The notes: generated from the sequence alone by a model not told the origin. A stretch of DNA of 64,000 nucleotides from the human T2T-CHM13v2.0 reference genome, Homo sapiens (GCF_009914755.1 NC_060928.1); one strand, 5' to 3'; counted from the stretch's first letter, positions 42,622-56,083 are shown. Made by a program: numbers and translations.

Positions 42622-43360
42622 ATTTTATTTTTTGAGTCCCGGGGTACATGTGCAGGATGTGCAGGTTTATTACATAAGTAAATGTGTACCACGGTGGTTT
42701 GCTGCACCTATCAACCCATCACCTAGGTATTAAGCCAAGTATGCATTAGCTCTTTTTCCTAATGCTATCCCCACCCCCATCCTCCCCCAATAGGCCCCAG
42801 TGTGTGTTGTTCCCCTCCCTGTGTCCATGTGTTCTCATTGTTCTGTTCCCACTTATAAGTGAGAACATGCGCTCTTTGGTTTTCTGTTCCTGCATTAATT
42901 TGCTGAGGATAATGGCTTCCAGCTTCATCCATGTCCTTGCAAAGGACATGAACTTGTTTTATGGCTGCATAGTATTCCATGGTGTATATGTGCCACATTT
43001 TCCTTATACAGTCTATCATTGATGGGCATTTGGGTTAATTCCATATCATCGCTATTGTGAATATTGCTCCAGTGAACATATGCATGCATGTATCTTTGTA
43101 ACAGAATGATTTATATTCCTTTGGGTATATACCCAGTAATGGGATTGCTGGGCCAAATGGTATCTCCAGTTCTAAATCTTTGAGGAATCATCACACTGTC
43201 TTGCACAATGGTTGAAATAATTTACATTTCACCAACAGTGTAAATAATTTACATTCCACCAACAGTGTAAAAGTGTTTCTATTCCTCCACAACCTCGCCA
43301 GCATTTGTTGTTCATGGCTTTTTAATAATCGCTATTCTGATTGGCGTGAGATGATATCTC
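42622..43360 (-). mobile_element. 5'-truncated L1PA (PA8-10-like)
   Basis: Reverse L1 3'UTR and ORF2 end (IRKMWHIYTMEYYAAIK); TSD aggc(a/c)ttgcttctt; internal 27-bp tandem duplication 43215-43268. Confidence 0.93.
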
Positions 43361-43429
43361 AGGCCTTGCTTCTTGATGCTATTAAGCATCTGCTCATGTA
43401 TTCCCCTAAAGCAAACTTTGATCAGCAGA

Positions 43430-43570
43430 GGTGAAGGACACAGGAACCAGGAGGCCTGAGTTCTAGTTTTGTTATGCTCTAAACTCATTTTTGCTGCCTA
43501 AATCAAAAGACTTTGAGAAAGCTACAACTTCTCTACCATTCAATTTCTTATTTTAAAAAGTATAGGAAAA
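43430..43570 (+). mobile_element. MIR fragment
   Basis: ggaaccaggaggcctgagttctagttttg...gactttgagaaagctacaacttctct. Confidence 0.6.
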
Positions 43571-43579
43571 TTAGAGTAA

Positions 43580-43845
43580 GCCAAAATTTTGCAAAAGGTA
43601 TCCTAAAGGGTGTTAGTAGATTCTACTTGAAAATAGGTGGCAAGGGAGGTAGTAGCAGGGGGTGACCCACAGTCAAATTAATGTACTTCACATTGAGTTA
43701 AATATTGTGAAAGTTTATTTCCTACTAATGTATATTTTAATTATCCAAGAGTAGGCATAGAGTATATAGTGTTCCTTAATGTTATTAGAACAAGGAATTA
43801 CTGTTTAAAAGTGCATCTAATTGAATTAGTGACACTCAGAACACA
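43580..43845. mobile_element. Old hAT-Charlie (MER103/MER113-like) fragment
   Basis: tagtgttccttaatgttattagaacaagg...tagtgacactcagaacac. Confidence 0.4.
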
Positions 43846-44177
43846 TGTCAAAAGTGAAATTCAGTGTAGTCTCCTGAGAGATGAAATATGTCCTTCAAAA
43901 TAATTTCACCACAATACATTTTCCAACTCAGGGGATTTTGATTTTTGTCAGTTTGGTCTCAAGGCAAACAATGAGTGTTAATGTAAAGAAATAAAATGCA
44001 ATGATGATGATATAGGGATGGCAAATTCCTTTGGATAATATTCTGTTTATGTGGAATAATGAACTAATTCAAGATTTTAATATACTAAAGTATTTAAAAA
44101 ATTAAGTTATTGCAGTGATTACAGTTTCCTGTTGCTGTTATAACAAATAACCACAGACTTAGTGGTGGATCAGATGA

Positions 44178-44315
44178 TGATTAGTTATCTATTGCTGTGT
44201 AACAAAGTATCCCACACTGTAACTCAGAGTCCTGAGTCACAATGCCAACGTCAATCTAGATGTCAGCCAGGACTGAGTCATCCAAAAACTGGACTGGGAC
44301 TGGAGGATTCACTTG
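44178..44315 (-). mobile_element. MLT1 (F/H-like) LTR fragment
   Basis: ttagttatctattgctgtgtaacaaa...gatgtcagccaggactg...gactgggactggaggattcactt. Confidence 0.65.
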
Positions 44316-44568
44316 GCCCCCACCGTTGCTGGTTTTGAAGCTGGAGGAAGGGGCCAGGGATGCCAGTGGTCTCTAAAAGCTGGAAAAGGCAAGAAAATAA
44401 AATCTCCTCTAGGTTCTGCAGGAAGAAAGTAGCCTTCAGATGCTTTGATTTTAGCTCTGAGAGACTCACGTTGAACTTCTGATCTGTGAAGCTGTAAATA
44501 CACATAAATTTCTGCTCTTTGAAGCCACTAAGTCTGTGGTTATTATAGCAGCAATCAGAAATGATGCA
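44316..44568 (+). mobile_element. MLT1D-like LTR 3' half
   Basis: gttgctggttttgaag...tctaaaagctggaaaaggcaagaaaa...aagccactaagtctgtggt. Confidence 0.8.
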
Positions 44569-45581
44569 ATCACTGTCGTAATTTAATTTTTAATAATTTA
44601 GTATATTAAAATCTTGAATTAGTTCATTATTCCACATAAATAGAGAATATTATCTAATGGAATTTGCAGTCTCTGTATCATTAGCATTGCATTTTATTTC
44701 TTTATATAATATTCAAGGTTTGCCTTGAGACCAAGTTGACAAAAATCAAAATCTCCTGAGTCAGAAAATGTATTGTGGTGAAATTATTTTGAAGGACATA
44801 TTTCATCTCTCAGGAGACTACACTGAATTTCATTTTTAACAATAATTCTTGTGGGAACTGTTAGAAGAGATGGGACTTAAAAATTGCAAGGACAAGTCTG
44901 AATGGGATAGAAGGTTGAAAATGCCCACTTAAAAATAAACTTGATTGTTTAAAAATTTGTGTATAAAAATACTTCAAACCATTTTATGTCAGTATTGGAG
45001 TTAAATCAGGGTAGAAAAGAAGATATTAACTTACCCAGTAAAATGTACTTAATATTTCTTATCATCTGAAACGTGTTTTCATTTGAATACCTAATAGCAA
45101 TGTAGTATAAATGTTAGGGGAGACTATAAAGAAGCTTAAGACCTAATCACTAATCTTGGAACATGGACAACCTAAATGAGAATACAAGACAAAATATTAA
45201 ACATTAAATTACAGTTAAAATTGACATCAGAAGAAATGACAAACTAGCAGGTGATTAATTTCCAAATAAATGACTCAGAGAATAAATTATATAGTACTTC
45301 AAATGAAGGAAATATGATCAGAGAGACAAGGAAAAACACCATAATGTAGATAGTATTTTATCTAGGTCTTTAAAATGGCAAGAAATTGTATCATATAAAG
45401 AGGAAAGGAATGCTAAGCAGCTACTTAGAGGTAGGAAAATACTTCTATCATTATACAAATCACTGTGTATTACAGTTATTGGTTACCTGTTTAGGAATTC
45501 CTTGAAGATAAGATCATGTTTGACATTTGCACACCAGAATTTATACAAGTCCCAAGCACATAGTACAAACTCAATACATAT

Positions 45582-46220
45582 TTTTATTGTATATATTTCA
45601 GGTAAATAACATGATGTTTTCATATACATAGTGAAATGATTACAAGTAAGCAAATTTTACATCACCTTCCATAGTTAATTCGTGTGTGTGTGTGTGTGTG
45701 TGTGTCAAGAGCATGCAAAATATATTCTATTAACAAATTTTTAATGCAATATTATTAACTATAGTCCTCCTGCAGCACATTAGCACTCTAAACTTATTCA
45801 ACCTACATAACAACAAGTTTTTATCCTTTGAACTACATCTCCCTATTTTCTTTCCTTCCCTACTCCTGGTAAACACTATTCTACTGTTTCTATGTATTTG
45901 ATTTTTTTCTTTTTAAGATTACACATATAAGTGAGATCATGCTATATTTGTCTTTCTGTGTCTGGCTTACTTCACTCAGCATAATGTTCTCCAGGTTCAT
46001 CATTGTTGTCAGTATGTCCTTTTCTAAGGCTGAAAAATACTCTTCTCTGTGTGTATATCACAGCATTTTTATCCAATTTTTATCCATTATTCAGCAACAG
46101 ACACAGGTTGTTTCCATACCTTGGCTATTGTGAATAATACTGCTGTAAACATGGCAGCACAGATATCTCTATGAGCTATTGATTTCATTTTCTTTAGGTA
46201 CATATCCAACAAAGGGATTC
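45582..46220 (-). mobile_element. L1MA (MA8/9-like) 3' fragment inserted into an L2 tail
   Basis: tataagtgagatcatgctatatttgtctttctgtgtctggcttacttcactcagcataatg; TSD actcaata(c/a)atattt. Confidence 0.85.
45682..45705. repeat. (GT)12 microsatellite
   Basis: Direct read. Confidence 0.95.
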
Positions 46221-46329
46221 CTTAGTCATATGTAGTTCTACTCAATAAATATTTAGTGAGTGAAACAGATGACTGTTAAAACAGTGAAGTGATAGTGAAA
46301 AAAATCATTTTCACAAAAATAAGTCTGAA

Positions 46330-47040
46330 AGTATTTTATGAGATGAATTGAAGTCCAAAAAGAGACTTAGATTCCTGTTAAAACGTTGTATTAACTTCCT
46401 GAGAAGAAGACAATAAAAACATGAACTGAGGGTTGACAATGAGAAAGGAGGGGATCTAAGAGGATCTAAGACACATCAGTAAGAAGGAAATGACATAATC
46501 TGATGAATCTTTAGATCTTGAGGCAAAAGGAGAGTCAAGACAAAGTTTGAAATTTGGATTCCATCTGACCATAATAGTGATGCTGCAGTTAACAAGAAGG
46601 AGGAAACGAGAGTGAGAAGACAATTTTAAGGAACTTCAAAATGTTGAGTGAAGTATGATACATACAAAACACACAAGCACCGTGGGAGTGTGCTCCAGTA
46701 ATTCAGGAGGGAGGATATAAACTTGAGAGCTATTTCACACAAACCATAATTGGAGCCATGTGAGAGGATGAGATTACCAGTGAACACCAAGAAAGAAAAG
46801 AGTAAAGACACAATTTAGGAAGCTCCTGCATTTAAAGAAATAAAGGAAAAAAAAGAAGCTAGCAAAGGAAAGAGAGAAAAAGCAGAGATGCCCATGGGAG
46901 GCATGGGACAGATAGAACAGGTCAGCAGTCAGGGCCAACTGCTTCAAAGTGAGAAAAGGGGTCTTCCCGTTTAGGAAGTGGTTTTGGACGTGTGTTAGGT
47001 GGCAGCTTGTGACCATTGAGCAAGTACTTTCAGAAGAATG
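46330..47040 (-). mobile_element. L2 fragment
   Basis: gaggcaaaaggagagtcaagac...gtgatgctgcagttaacaaga...gtgaccattgagcaagtactttcag. Confidence 0.65.
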
Positions 47041-49384
47041 ACTAAAAGAGCAATTAAAATCATGTATCTCAAAAATCTTTTTGATTCTGAAATTTATTAA
47101 ACCAAAAATTGACATTTGGAAACTAAAATAATGGCACTCTCCAATAAGAAGTGTCCAATATGCCATCACACCTTCACTTCTGTAATTTCTCCTGGGTGTA
47201 TATTCAAAGTAGCCCAAGTAATTGCAGGTTAGTGGAGCAGCTAATGGCCAACATGCCCATCTGTGCAAGCTCAGGTGTGTGTGTACTGGAGGGCTAGGGT
47301 TCCCCATACCTTGAATCCAGTCTGAGAACAGAAAGGACCCAGGAAATTCAATTTTATCCTGGTAGAAACAGAGATCTATAATCTAGGTGATCCCAATGCT
47401 CTTCTAGTAGGGGATTCAAGTAAATTGTGGGCATTTCTTTATTCTTTGGGGGGAGGCACCTAATGTCTGAAGCACAGAAGAAAGACAGCAACCAATCTCC
47501 CAACAAAGTGATTGATGCAGTAACATTTTCCCATGATATACACCATGAAGTAGAATAGAAACAGTTTCTTTTAAGACAAGGACTACCTTTACCAAATTTA
47601 TAGTAAGAATATACAATGTGCCTGTAAGATGAAAACAGGTTAAATTAGCAAAACCTTGGGTTCAAAAAGGTGTATCTTACAGGCCAGTAGATGAAGTACA
47701 CTGCCTCTGCTCATGCTGACATTTTTGTCAACACACTCTGCTGATTATTCAGGATAACATTTTTCATAATTGGCAAGGCCATGCCCCCTGCGTGGACTTT
47801 CTCAGTGAATGTTGAAAATTGCTAAATACAATTTATGTAATTTATTTTTGTCAATGACCTTATTAGTACTTCCACTGCTGAACTGTGTTTGTGGGTGGAT
47901 GTGTGTATGAAAATACAGCCTTTACTTTTTCAAAAAAGAAGTTATATAATTTTACACTTCATAAATTTAACAACCAAAATGTTATCTGTAAAAAGTGTTT
48001 CAGAGAAGCACTGTTTTACCACTGACTGGTTTGATGGGAGTTGATTAGATAATGGTTCTTCAACTGTGTGTTGTTACTGATACTGGCCACATTCCAGTTG
48101 GCTGCCAAGGTGTCTAAATGCTCCCAAACAAAAATTACCCATAAAACCTGTGACAGGGTTCTCTGAGATCATGGATACAGATCACTGCACATATGGATGG
48201 GCTGTTTTGACTGAGTTTATAATGTCACATTCCTTGTAAACATGATACACCTGTCTCTGTTTAACAGATAGTTTTTGAAGCTAAAACATTTGTTTTCTCC
48301 CAGAACTCAGCAATGCCACATTATTTACCGATCTGAACCTGGGAGTCACTAAAACATTCCAGGATTCCAACTATTTCATCTTCAGCTACAATAACCCTTT
48401 ACTTAAGTAAATTAGCAGAAAAAAATCTGCTTTGTTTTGTCATAAAAGGGGAAGTAAAGGAGAGACAATGAGAGGATCAAACAGTTAAAGGTTTCCATTA
48501 CCTTTAAGAGATTAAAGACACAGATTTGTAACTATTTTCATTTTTTACATGTTGAAAGTTATGTTTGCTGTTAGTGTTACAAAGAATCAATCACAAAAAC
48601 CTTCTGTGAGCATCAAGTATATACAAGGCACTGTGCAACAGACTTACAAATTTGCAAAGAAGTGTATCCCTGTTGTCACACTGCTCCAGAGGGGCTTACA
48701 ACCCATTTAGGAGGATAGGATTGACACACATGAAAAGATACTAAACTGGACAGTAAATAGGTGTCAATCATGTGCAAGGTGGGAATAAAGCAGCTGATGA
48801 ATGGCAGGTGCCTGTGTCCATCGGAAACAAGGATGAAAGCTGCCCTTTGATTTAAGACCTGATCTGCTGCCTGCCAAGTCAATCACTGGTTGCTACTGTG
48901 CCCCTCATCTCAAAATCACTGACTTCAAATGAGCCACTTTATTAGTGTAGGCCTCAGGATTTATTTGCAGCCAGGGCCACAAAATATATATCAGATTTTC
49001 AGCTCCTCATCCCCAGCGTTCTGCTGCTAAGCTCCAACTACAAACTTCCATTCCCAAGGTGCATACACATATTCACACTCATCTCTATATTTACTGGATA
49101 TATCAATCAAAATAATAACATTAGGAAGGAAACATTGGTGCCAATACTTACATACTGCTAGGGCATTTGGAGTTGGGGGTTGAATAATTTCAGAACAAAA
49201 CCCTTGGGGGTGTATCTTCATAATTATGATGTATATAAAGTGGTGTAAGATAGCAGCATGGAAAATGAACAGTTTCTGAAAAAGAAAACACACTCATGGA
49301 TTTTGTTTGTGACTATAAGACTTAACTGTTATAATTCAATATTGGTGGATTAAAAATTGATCTTAGCTATTAGATCTTCTCATA

Positions 49385-49630
49385 ATTCATTACTCCATTC
49401 CAAATACCTTTATCCAATACCTACCGTATGCCAGGTTCTGTGTGTGATAGGCACTGGGAAGACAAAGATGAACCAATCAGTCTCTGCACCCAAGAAGCTT
49501 GCAGTTTAGTGGGGGAGAGACAAGAAAATAAGCTATGGAGAAGTATGCATGTGATTCCACAGAAGAAGAAAGGAGGAAAACCAAGACGGAATGATGCCTG
49601 AGATGAATATTTAAAAGATAAAAAGAAAGG
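49385..49630 (-). mobile_element. L2 3' end
   Basis: tacctaccgtatgccagg...taggcactgggaagacaaagatgaac...gcttgcagtttagtgggggagagac. Confidence 0.7.
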
Positions 49631-49753
49631 AAAAGACACAGCAAGAAAAGACAACACATGTGTTGTAGGTTCATGGGAGCCCAAAAATAACACCCCTTTT
49701 CTCAAAATAAGAATCAATTGAGATATAATCCAAAGAAGACAGTAGAGGGGGAC

Positions 49754-50117
49754 TGTTATAAACTGAGTGTTTCCCCTCAAAATTCACATGTTGAAATCTT
49801 AACCCCCAGTGGGATGGTATTCGGAGGTATTAGGAGGTGGGGCCTTTGGGAGGTGATTAGGTCATGAGTGGAGGAGTCATAAATGGGATGTCTTTGTAAA
49901 AGGGACCCTGAAAATTTCTTCATCCCTTTCTTCTATGTAATGGTGCGGAAAGAAATTGGCAAACTGGAGGAGGGCCCTCATGAAAGCCTGACTGTGCTGG
50001 CACCCTGATCTTGGGCTTCCAGCCTCCAGAACTGTGGGAAACAAATCTATGTTGTTTATAGTCCACTCAGTCTATGTCTATGGTGGTTTGTTACAACACC
50101 CCCAACTGATTAAGACA
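49754..50117 (+). mobile_element. MLT1A-like solo LTR
   Basis: aaattcacatgttgaaatcttaacccccag...ggtggggcctttgggaggtgattaggtcatgag...taagaca. Confidence 0.9.
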
Positions 50118-50616
50118 GGAGCCACGAAGGAAACCTTAAAAGGAGGCTCAGGTGGAGGATACTGGTGGCATCTGTGGGCAAGCAGACTCTAATAGTGATT
50201 TGGTCAGACAGCCAGTTGCAGGCAATGCTGGACCAGGAGAACATGAGGAGCCAAGGAGAATGGACCGGCTCCCGATAAAAAGAAAGAGAAGGAGCTGGCA
50301 TACTCATGATCACTTTCTCTTTCCAAACCCTCCGATTAGAGAAGCCACAATCTACCTGCTCTGGAGTGAAGAGTGTGAGGATATGAAAAGGGAAATAAAG
50401 TCAGGAATGTTATTCTAGTGGAACTTCCTCCCTCATCATAGAAACACCAGACTAGAGAAAGAAATATTCCCTAACATTGCGCAAATGCACAGACATGAAA
50501 GAGTGTGGCATGACATGGGATAGAAGCCTTAAATAAGTTGATATGGCTGAAATAAAGTACATATAAACAGATGTAGCTGACGATGAGGCTGTTAGAGGTC
50601 ATCTCATAAAGCATTA

Positions 50617-50980
50617 TGTTGTGGGCTGAATGCTGGTATCTCCTCAAAATTCATATGTTGAAACCTCATCTCCTAATGTGATGGTATTAGGAGGTAGGGT
50701 TCTTGGTAAGTAATTAGGATTACATGAGGTTGTGAGATTAGAGCCTTCATAAAGGTGATTAATGTCCCTATAGAGTCCCCAAAGAGCTTGCTGTCTCTTC
50801 ACCATGTAAGGATACAGTGAAAAGTCAGCAGTTTGCAATCCAGAAGAGAGCCCTCACCAGAACCTGACCATGCTGGCACCCTGATCTCAAACTTTCAGCT
50901 TCTGGACTGGGAGAAATAAATATCTGTTATTTTAAAAGCCTAGTCTATAATACTTTATTATAGCATCCCAAACTATGACA
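50617..50980 (+). mobile_element. MLT1A-like solo LTR
   Basis: aaattcatatgttgaaacc...gagccctcaccagaacctgaccatgctggcaccctgatctc. Confidence 0.9.
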
Positions 50981-51392
50981 TACTGAAAAGAAGCCAGAAA
51001 TTCTGTATATTTTAGACATTATGACCGCAATATGAAGAACCTATTCCTTATACCAAATCTAATCAGAGTTTTAATACTCTGAGGCCTGTGACCAAATGTT
51101 GGTGAGGCTTTCATTCTGTAAGGAATATACAAGTTACTGAGAGTCAGCAGGTGAATAATGGCTAAATGATGGAAATAGTATGAATAATACTAACTGGAAG
51201 CAACAAACCATCCCTTCTGCCTGTCTATTCATTTTAGTGTCTTCTAAACCATAGTGTTACTGTGAAAGTTTTGAAGAGGTATACAGTTATAGAAATTTTA
51301 TTTTCTACATCATCAAACAATCATTCTTAAAAATGTGAGTGGACATAGTTTTAAAGTTATTAATTGCTAACTATCTTATAAAAAAAAGATCA

Positions 51393-51702
51393 GGTTGGGC
51401 ACGGTGGCGCACGCCTGTAATCCCAGCACTTTGGGAGGCCAAGGTGGGTAGAACGTGAGGTCAGGAGTTCAAGACCAGCCTGGCCAAGATGGTGAAACCC
51501 CATCTCTAATAAAAATACAAAAAATGGACCAGGCATGGTGGCAGGCCCCTGTAGTCCCAGCTACTCAGGAGGCTGAGGCAGAGAATTGCTTGAACCTGGG
51601 ATGCAGAAGTTGCAGTGAGCCGAGACCATGCCACTGCACTCCAGCCTGGGCAACAGAGCGAGACTCCATCTCAATTAAAAAAAAAAAAAAAAAAAAAAAA
51701 AA
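51393..51702 (+). mobile_element. Alu (AluSg-like)
   Basis: Full Alu, long pure A tail, TSD aaaagatca. Confidence 0.95.
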
Positions 51703-53599
51703 GATCAATTCTGCCAAGTTTTGGCCAATAGAAACAACTTCTGAAGGGATTAAGGGACATTAAAACAATTGTTTTTTATTAACTGCATTGTTAAGATTAG
51801 TACCCTAAAATATTCTGTCCAGTTTTATCTATAAAAGATAATATGGAAGGCCTTAAATTAAAATGTGTAACATGTGTATGTGTGTATGCACATGTTTGTG
51901 TATGTATAAGAGACTGAAACATGAGATACTTCAAATTCTTTTCAGAAAAAAATGTTTAAATGTTTAAAAATAAGAAGTTTAAACATAAATACATACAAGT
52001 AAACACCAAATACAAAGCAAAAACATTCTAACAGCGGTCCTCTGTTGTTTCTCTATCCATTAAATAAAAATTGCATCAGCCTGAAGTTTTCTCCTCTAAT
52101 GGTACTCAAAGGTCCTAAACAGAAAACAAAGTACAGGTGCCTTTATTTGCATAGTGTCACCTCACCTAAAGAAAATCCCTCCTCTGCTCCTCTCCACTCT
52201 ACAGGGCTAGGGAAGTCCTTTGATTCCTGATGCTGAAGTTCCTGTTTGCTCTCAGTATTGTTTGATCACTCAGGGAACAACAGAACAGCATGTAGCTGTT
52301 GCCTTTTTGGCACTGGCTTGATATTCAGCAGTAGGTGGTTTCTCACCAGTTTGGCTCTTGCTTTAGGACAATGAGTGACAAGATGTTAGTTCACACAGCA
52401 TGACTTATGTAACTTACAAAAGAAAAAGATCAGGCTGGAGGTTTGTTCAGCAAATCAGCAAGATTTTCAAAACAAGAATAAAAGTCTTTTCCTTGCCTCT
52501 CAAAATAAGGTTGACTTGGCCAAACTAAAAAAGGGCAACTCAGTCAAGAGAATGAATCAATACATTGGGTTAATGCCATTCAAAATAGCCAGTGTGGATT
52601 CCCTAAAGAAGACGTCTTTTGGGTGGAGGGGGGTTGAAAACAGAAAATATTATTTATCAATGTGTTTATTTATTTACACAGTGGCCATGTTACTGTAAGG
52701 AGTCTAAACCTAGAGGAACAAAAGTTCTGCCCCAGAGTTTCAAGAAACCAAAATTACATGGAATAATTTGGCTTGATTCTAATAAACTCACGTAAATGCT
52801 TGTCTCTTGCTTAGAGTATTTTTAGCTCCACAAAGATTGTTTGTCAGAAAGTCAAACATCCCTTCACATGAAAGCACTGTAATAGCCATTTTTTAATTTG
52901 GGAACTAGTGTTTTTGAGGTGTCAATTGTGATTTGTTTTCACAGCTACAGGAAAAACTTCCTGAGAAGTTGTATAAATAATTGTTAAAACTCAGAGTCTA
53001 GATTTCTGAATGAATCATGAATGTTCACATTTGACTCTTCCTCTTTGCTTCCTAGAAATAACAGTCACACAGCAAGCAAAATTTCCAAGATTGTTCAATA
53101 TTTAATTACCATGTTTTTCATGAATTTTTCTTAAAAAAATAGAGTCTATGCATTCCTCTGGAGTCTGTAATTCTGATCTTAATATTCTTTCCTATAATTA
53201 TGTCTTAAGGGGACAATGTTTCCCCAAATTTAAAAAGGTAGGTTGGTTTTGACAGACAATTTAAGGTCCATACCCACTACCCACTAGCCATATATAGATT
53301 CTTTTCTAAGATTGTCACCCAATATAATAATAGGCATGTAGGATTTTTCCCCTTATATCTCTAAGAAGTTAACATTTTCCACATATCTTTGAAAACAAAG
53401 TAAAAGCAAAATAGCTTCCACAACAACTTTACAATCTGATTTTTAAAATATAACTAGAAGTCAAATACACTGAAAAGCCAACCAAACATGGTTTCAGGAA
53501 GCTAAAAGAAAATGCACATCTTATATATAGCAAGGTTCTATTTTTTTCTAAGTCAGAAAAAGTATTAGAAGGGTTATTAGCAGTAAATAAAGCATAAAG

Positions 53600-53830
53600 G
53601 TAGGGTCATACCATGGAACAGTCATTGTGTTAGTAACAAAAGAAATGGACTCATGCAAGCTTACCACTAGCCACTTGATCTCTCTGACTTGACCTTTCTG
53701 AGATGCCGGACAATAGCTGGTCTATTCACCCACTAGACCAGGTGGTTGTGAAGTTCAACTCACATCATGTATGTAATGGTGCTTCACAATTTGTAATATA
53801 CTTAGAAAAAGGTTAGGAGTTATTGTGTAA
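53600..53830 (+). mobile_element. MIR (diverged)
   Basis: gccacttgatctctctgact...ggttgtgaagttcaactcacatcatgtatgtaatggtgct. Confidence 0.5.
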
Positions 53831-56083
53831 ATGTGAGGTGTTATGATTTTGTTAAGGTAAGGTGAAAGCTGCTATTCTTATTCTTCTATTCCCACTTTAA
53901 TTCTTTATGAAAGACAATGACTTAAAAAAGTCAATTCATGGTAATAAAATCTCCACTAATCAATGTAGCAATATTTTCAACTTATTTCTTAAGTTCTCTC
54001 TTCCATCCTGTAACCCAGTTATGTCACATAACCCTATGCTTTTAGATATAGAAAGAACATTTGTCATTTTATAGTCCCAAGTCATAATATTATAGACAAG
54101 GAGACAGAGGTGCAGATATAAAATGAAATTACTGAAAAGGACCTTGCCATAAACATAAGAAGTCAGTAGGCAGTGAAGACTGAGGATTCCTTCTCAGTGT
54201 TTTGGCTACCACTGTGGCTGATGATAGTTTTAGGAAACAGTACTGGAGTCACTGATGGCCAATAGGTATCTGCAAAAGCACAAATATCATTTCTATGAAA
54301 GTTAAAAATAACAATCATATTTGGTCACCTGTTTTATTTTGTTTGAAAAGTGTCCATGCTGATTGAACAAACACATTCAGGCATGGCACGTCTGTGCTGT
54401 GTAGTGTTGCATAGCTTTCATCACCCTAAGGCTGTTCTTTGAGAGAGACCGACTTCATGCTGAACTCAGCATGAGGACAACAGGGCAGGACACCAATTAG
54501 TGGAGGCATTTGCACCAACTTGACGGAACCACTGTGCAGGGAAGTTCACGGGAACCAAAGCAATAGCAGAAGCATGTCCTTTGGCAGTAAATAATTAAAC
54601 TGGAAGTAAAAAATTTATCCTTCATAGATGGGAGTTTGATTTATATTCAAGAAAATCTTCAGCCTTCAGAAAATCTAAGCAGTTACCAATCCCACGTGAT
54701 CTTGATGAAGCCATGAGAAATTGCACTGTTCTCCTGTACTGCACTTTCTATATAATCTAAATTCACTTTTTTGACCTTCAGCAGAATAGGCATGGAAGCA
54801 GAGGTCATGACTCTGTGTTAGCGTAGTATCAAATAGATGCTGTCAGGACCCCAAATCCCTACTCCCTGAAAATAAACACCACTTGCTTGTCTGGCCAGCT
54901 AACGCCATATTTTTGTAGTTCACAAGTTTCATTTAACTATAATTTTTAAGTATTATATTTGCTAAGTTTTTACAACATGAATTGTTTTTAGAGAAAAAAA
55001 GAGTGAGATAAGTAGCCATGTATTGGCTGTGTTTTTTCTAGTACGTGTTTTGCTTTTAATAGTAATTTCCAGATCTAATTCCCTCTTGGCCTATTTCCAT
55101 TCAGAGTGCCCAGCTAGAAAATACTAAGAAAAGATCACAAATCAAATGTCTTATGATAATATCCTCAGAAATTTTAAACAGCTCTAAGAGATTTGGCCTC
55201 AGACCCAAACATTTACATGATCGCTCAATTTTAATGAGGTCAAACAAGCTGCTTGGCATCTGGCCAGTGCTCAAGGTCTTGGCCTGAGTGGGGAGGGCCA
55301 TCTTGTTCTTACAGAGAACGTTAAGACATAGTGACAGGTGATAATGTAATGCATGAGGATGCTGCCCTTGGCCATTTCATCTTTTCACCCCTCTGGATTC
55401 CCAGAGGCAACGTTTTGGCCAGATGTAAACACTTTTACCAGTAGCTAAGGATCTGAAGAAGAACCACATTTTGCAGAGAAGCATTTTAAAGGATTTAAAT
55501 AACCCCCTAACATTTGTCACAACGGGTTCATCAACCTGAGAAAACAAGAAAGAAAACAGACCTCTGGAAGTGCTAAGCAGAGTGATGGAGGCTACTAAGG
55601 AGCCAAATTAATACAGCTGTATTTTCATCTTGATTTTAAACAGCCAACTCTTGAGTATTAAAGTCACATCAAAGATATATGTTCCTTTATAACTCCTCCA
55701 TCTTAAATATTATCTTTGAAAAAATTAAGTTATTCTTGAGTAGACTGTTTTTTCTTCAAGTAACAGCAATGTATTTAAGTCTACTTAAATCTTATTTAAA
55801 TAATTTACTAATTCTATAGGGTTGTTCATTAGAAACCAAGATTGAATTTAAAAAAAATTTAAGGAGAGCAATCTCAGATGTAACTCACTTGGCAAACAAT
55901 TGCTTATGTTTTTCATTCTAATTATCAATATGAAATTTTCATCTTAATATCTTGCTTAGTACAGAGCCTGCCATGATACCAGTGAGGGGCCTTGTCACCA
56001 AATGTGGGAAGGAGCAAAGCACCTATAAACAATCTTAACACTCACTTTTACAATAAAGCATTGAGATTAATACATATATATGG

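Larger units (their letters stand above)
43846..44841. repeat. Inverted duplication, arms 43846-44165 and 44525-44841, 359-bp spacer
   Basis: 43855-43923 is the exact reverse complement of 44764-44832 (69 bp); 44046-44089 of 44597-44640 (44 bp); the rest aligns with mismatches and small indels. Confidence 0.97.

Noticed and set aside
45030-45090. Minus-strand donor TGG|gtaagt with a possible 31-nt exon
   Set aside because: Weak acceptor in AT-rich, L2-adjacent sequence; compatible with chance.
46774-47307. 177-aa minus-strand ORF
   Set aside because: Largely overlaps a decayed L2 and low-complexity sequence; no domain similarity or splice support.
47416-47640. Minus-strand acceptor ttttcatcttacag with two open frames
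   Set aside because: No good donor and no recognisable peptide.
51455-51763. 102-aa ORF (and similar ORFs at 7201, 32645, 56627)
   Set aside because: Alu-derived translation artefacts.
52329-52345. CTCF-like cagtaggtgg
   Set aside because: Mismatches at key core positions.
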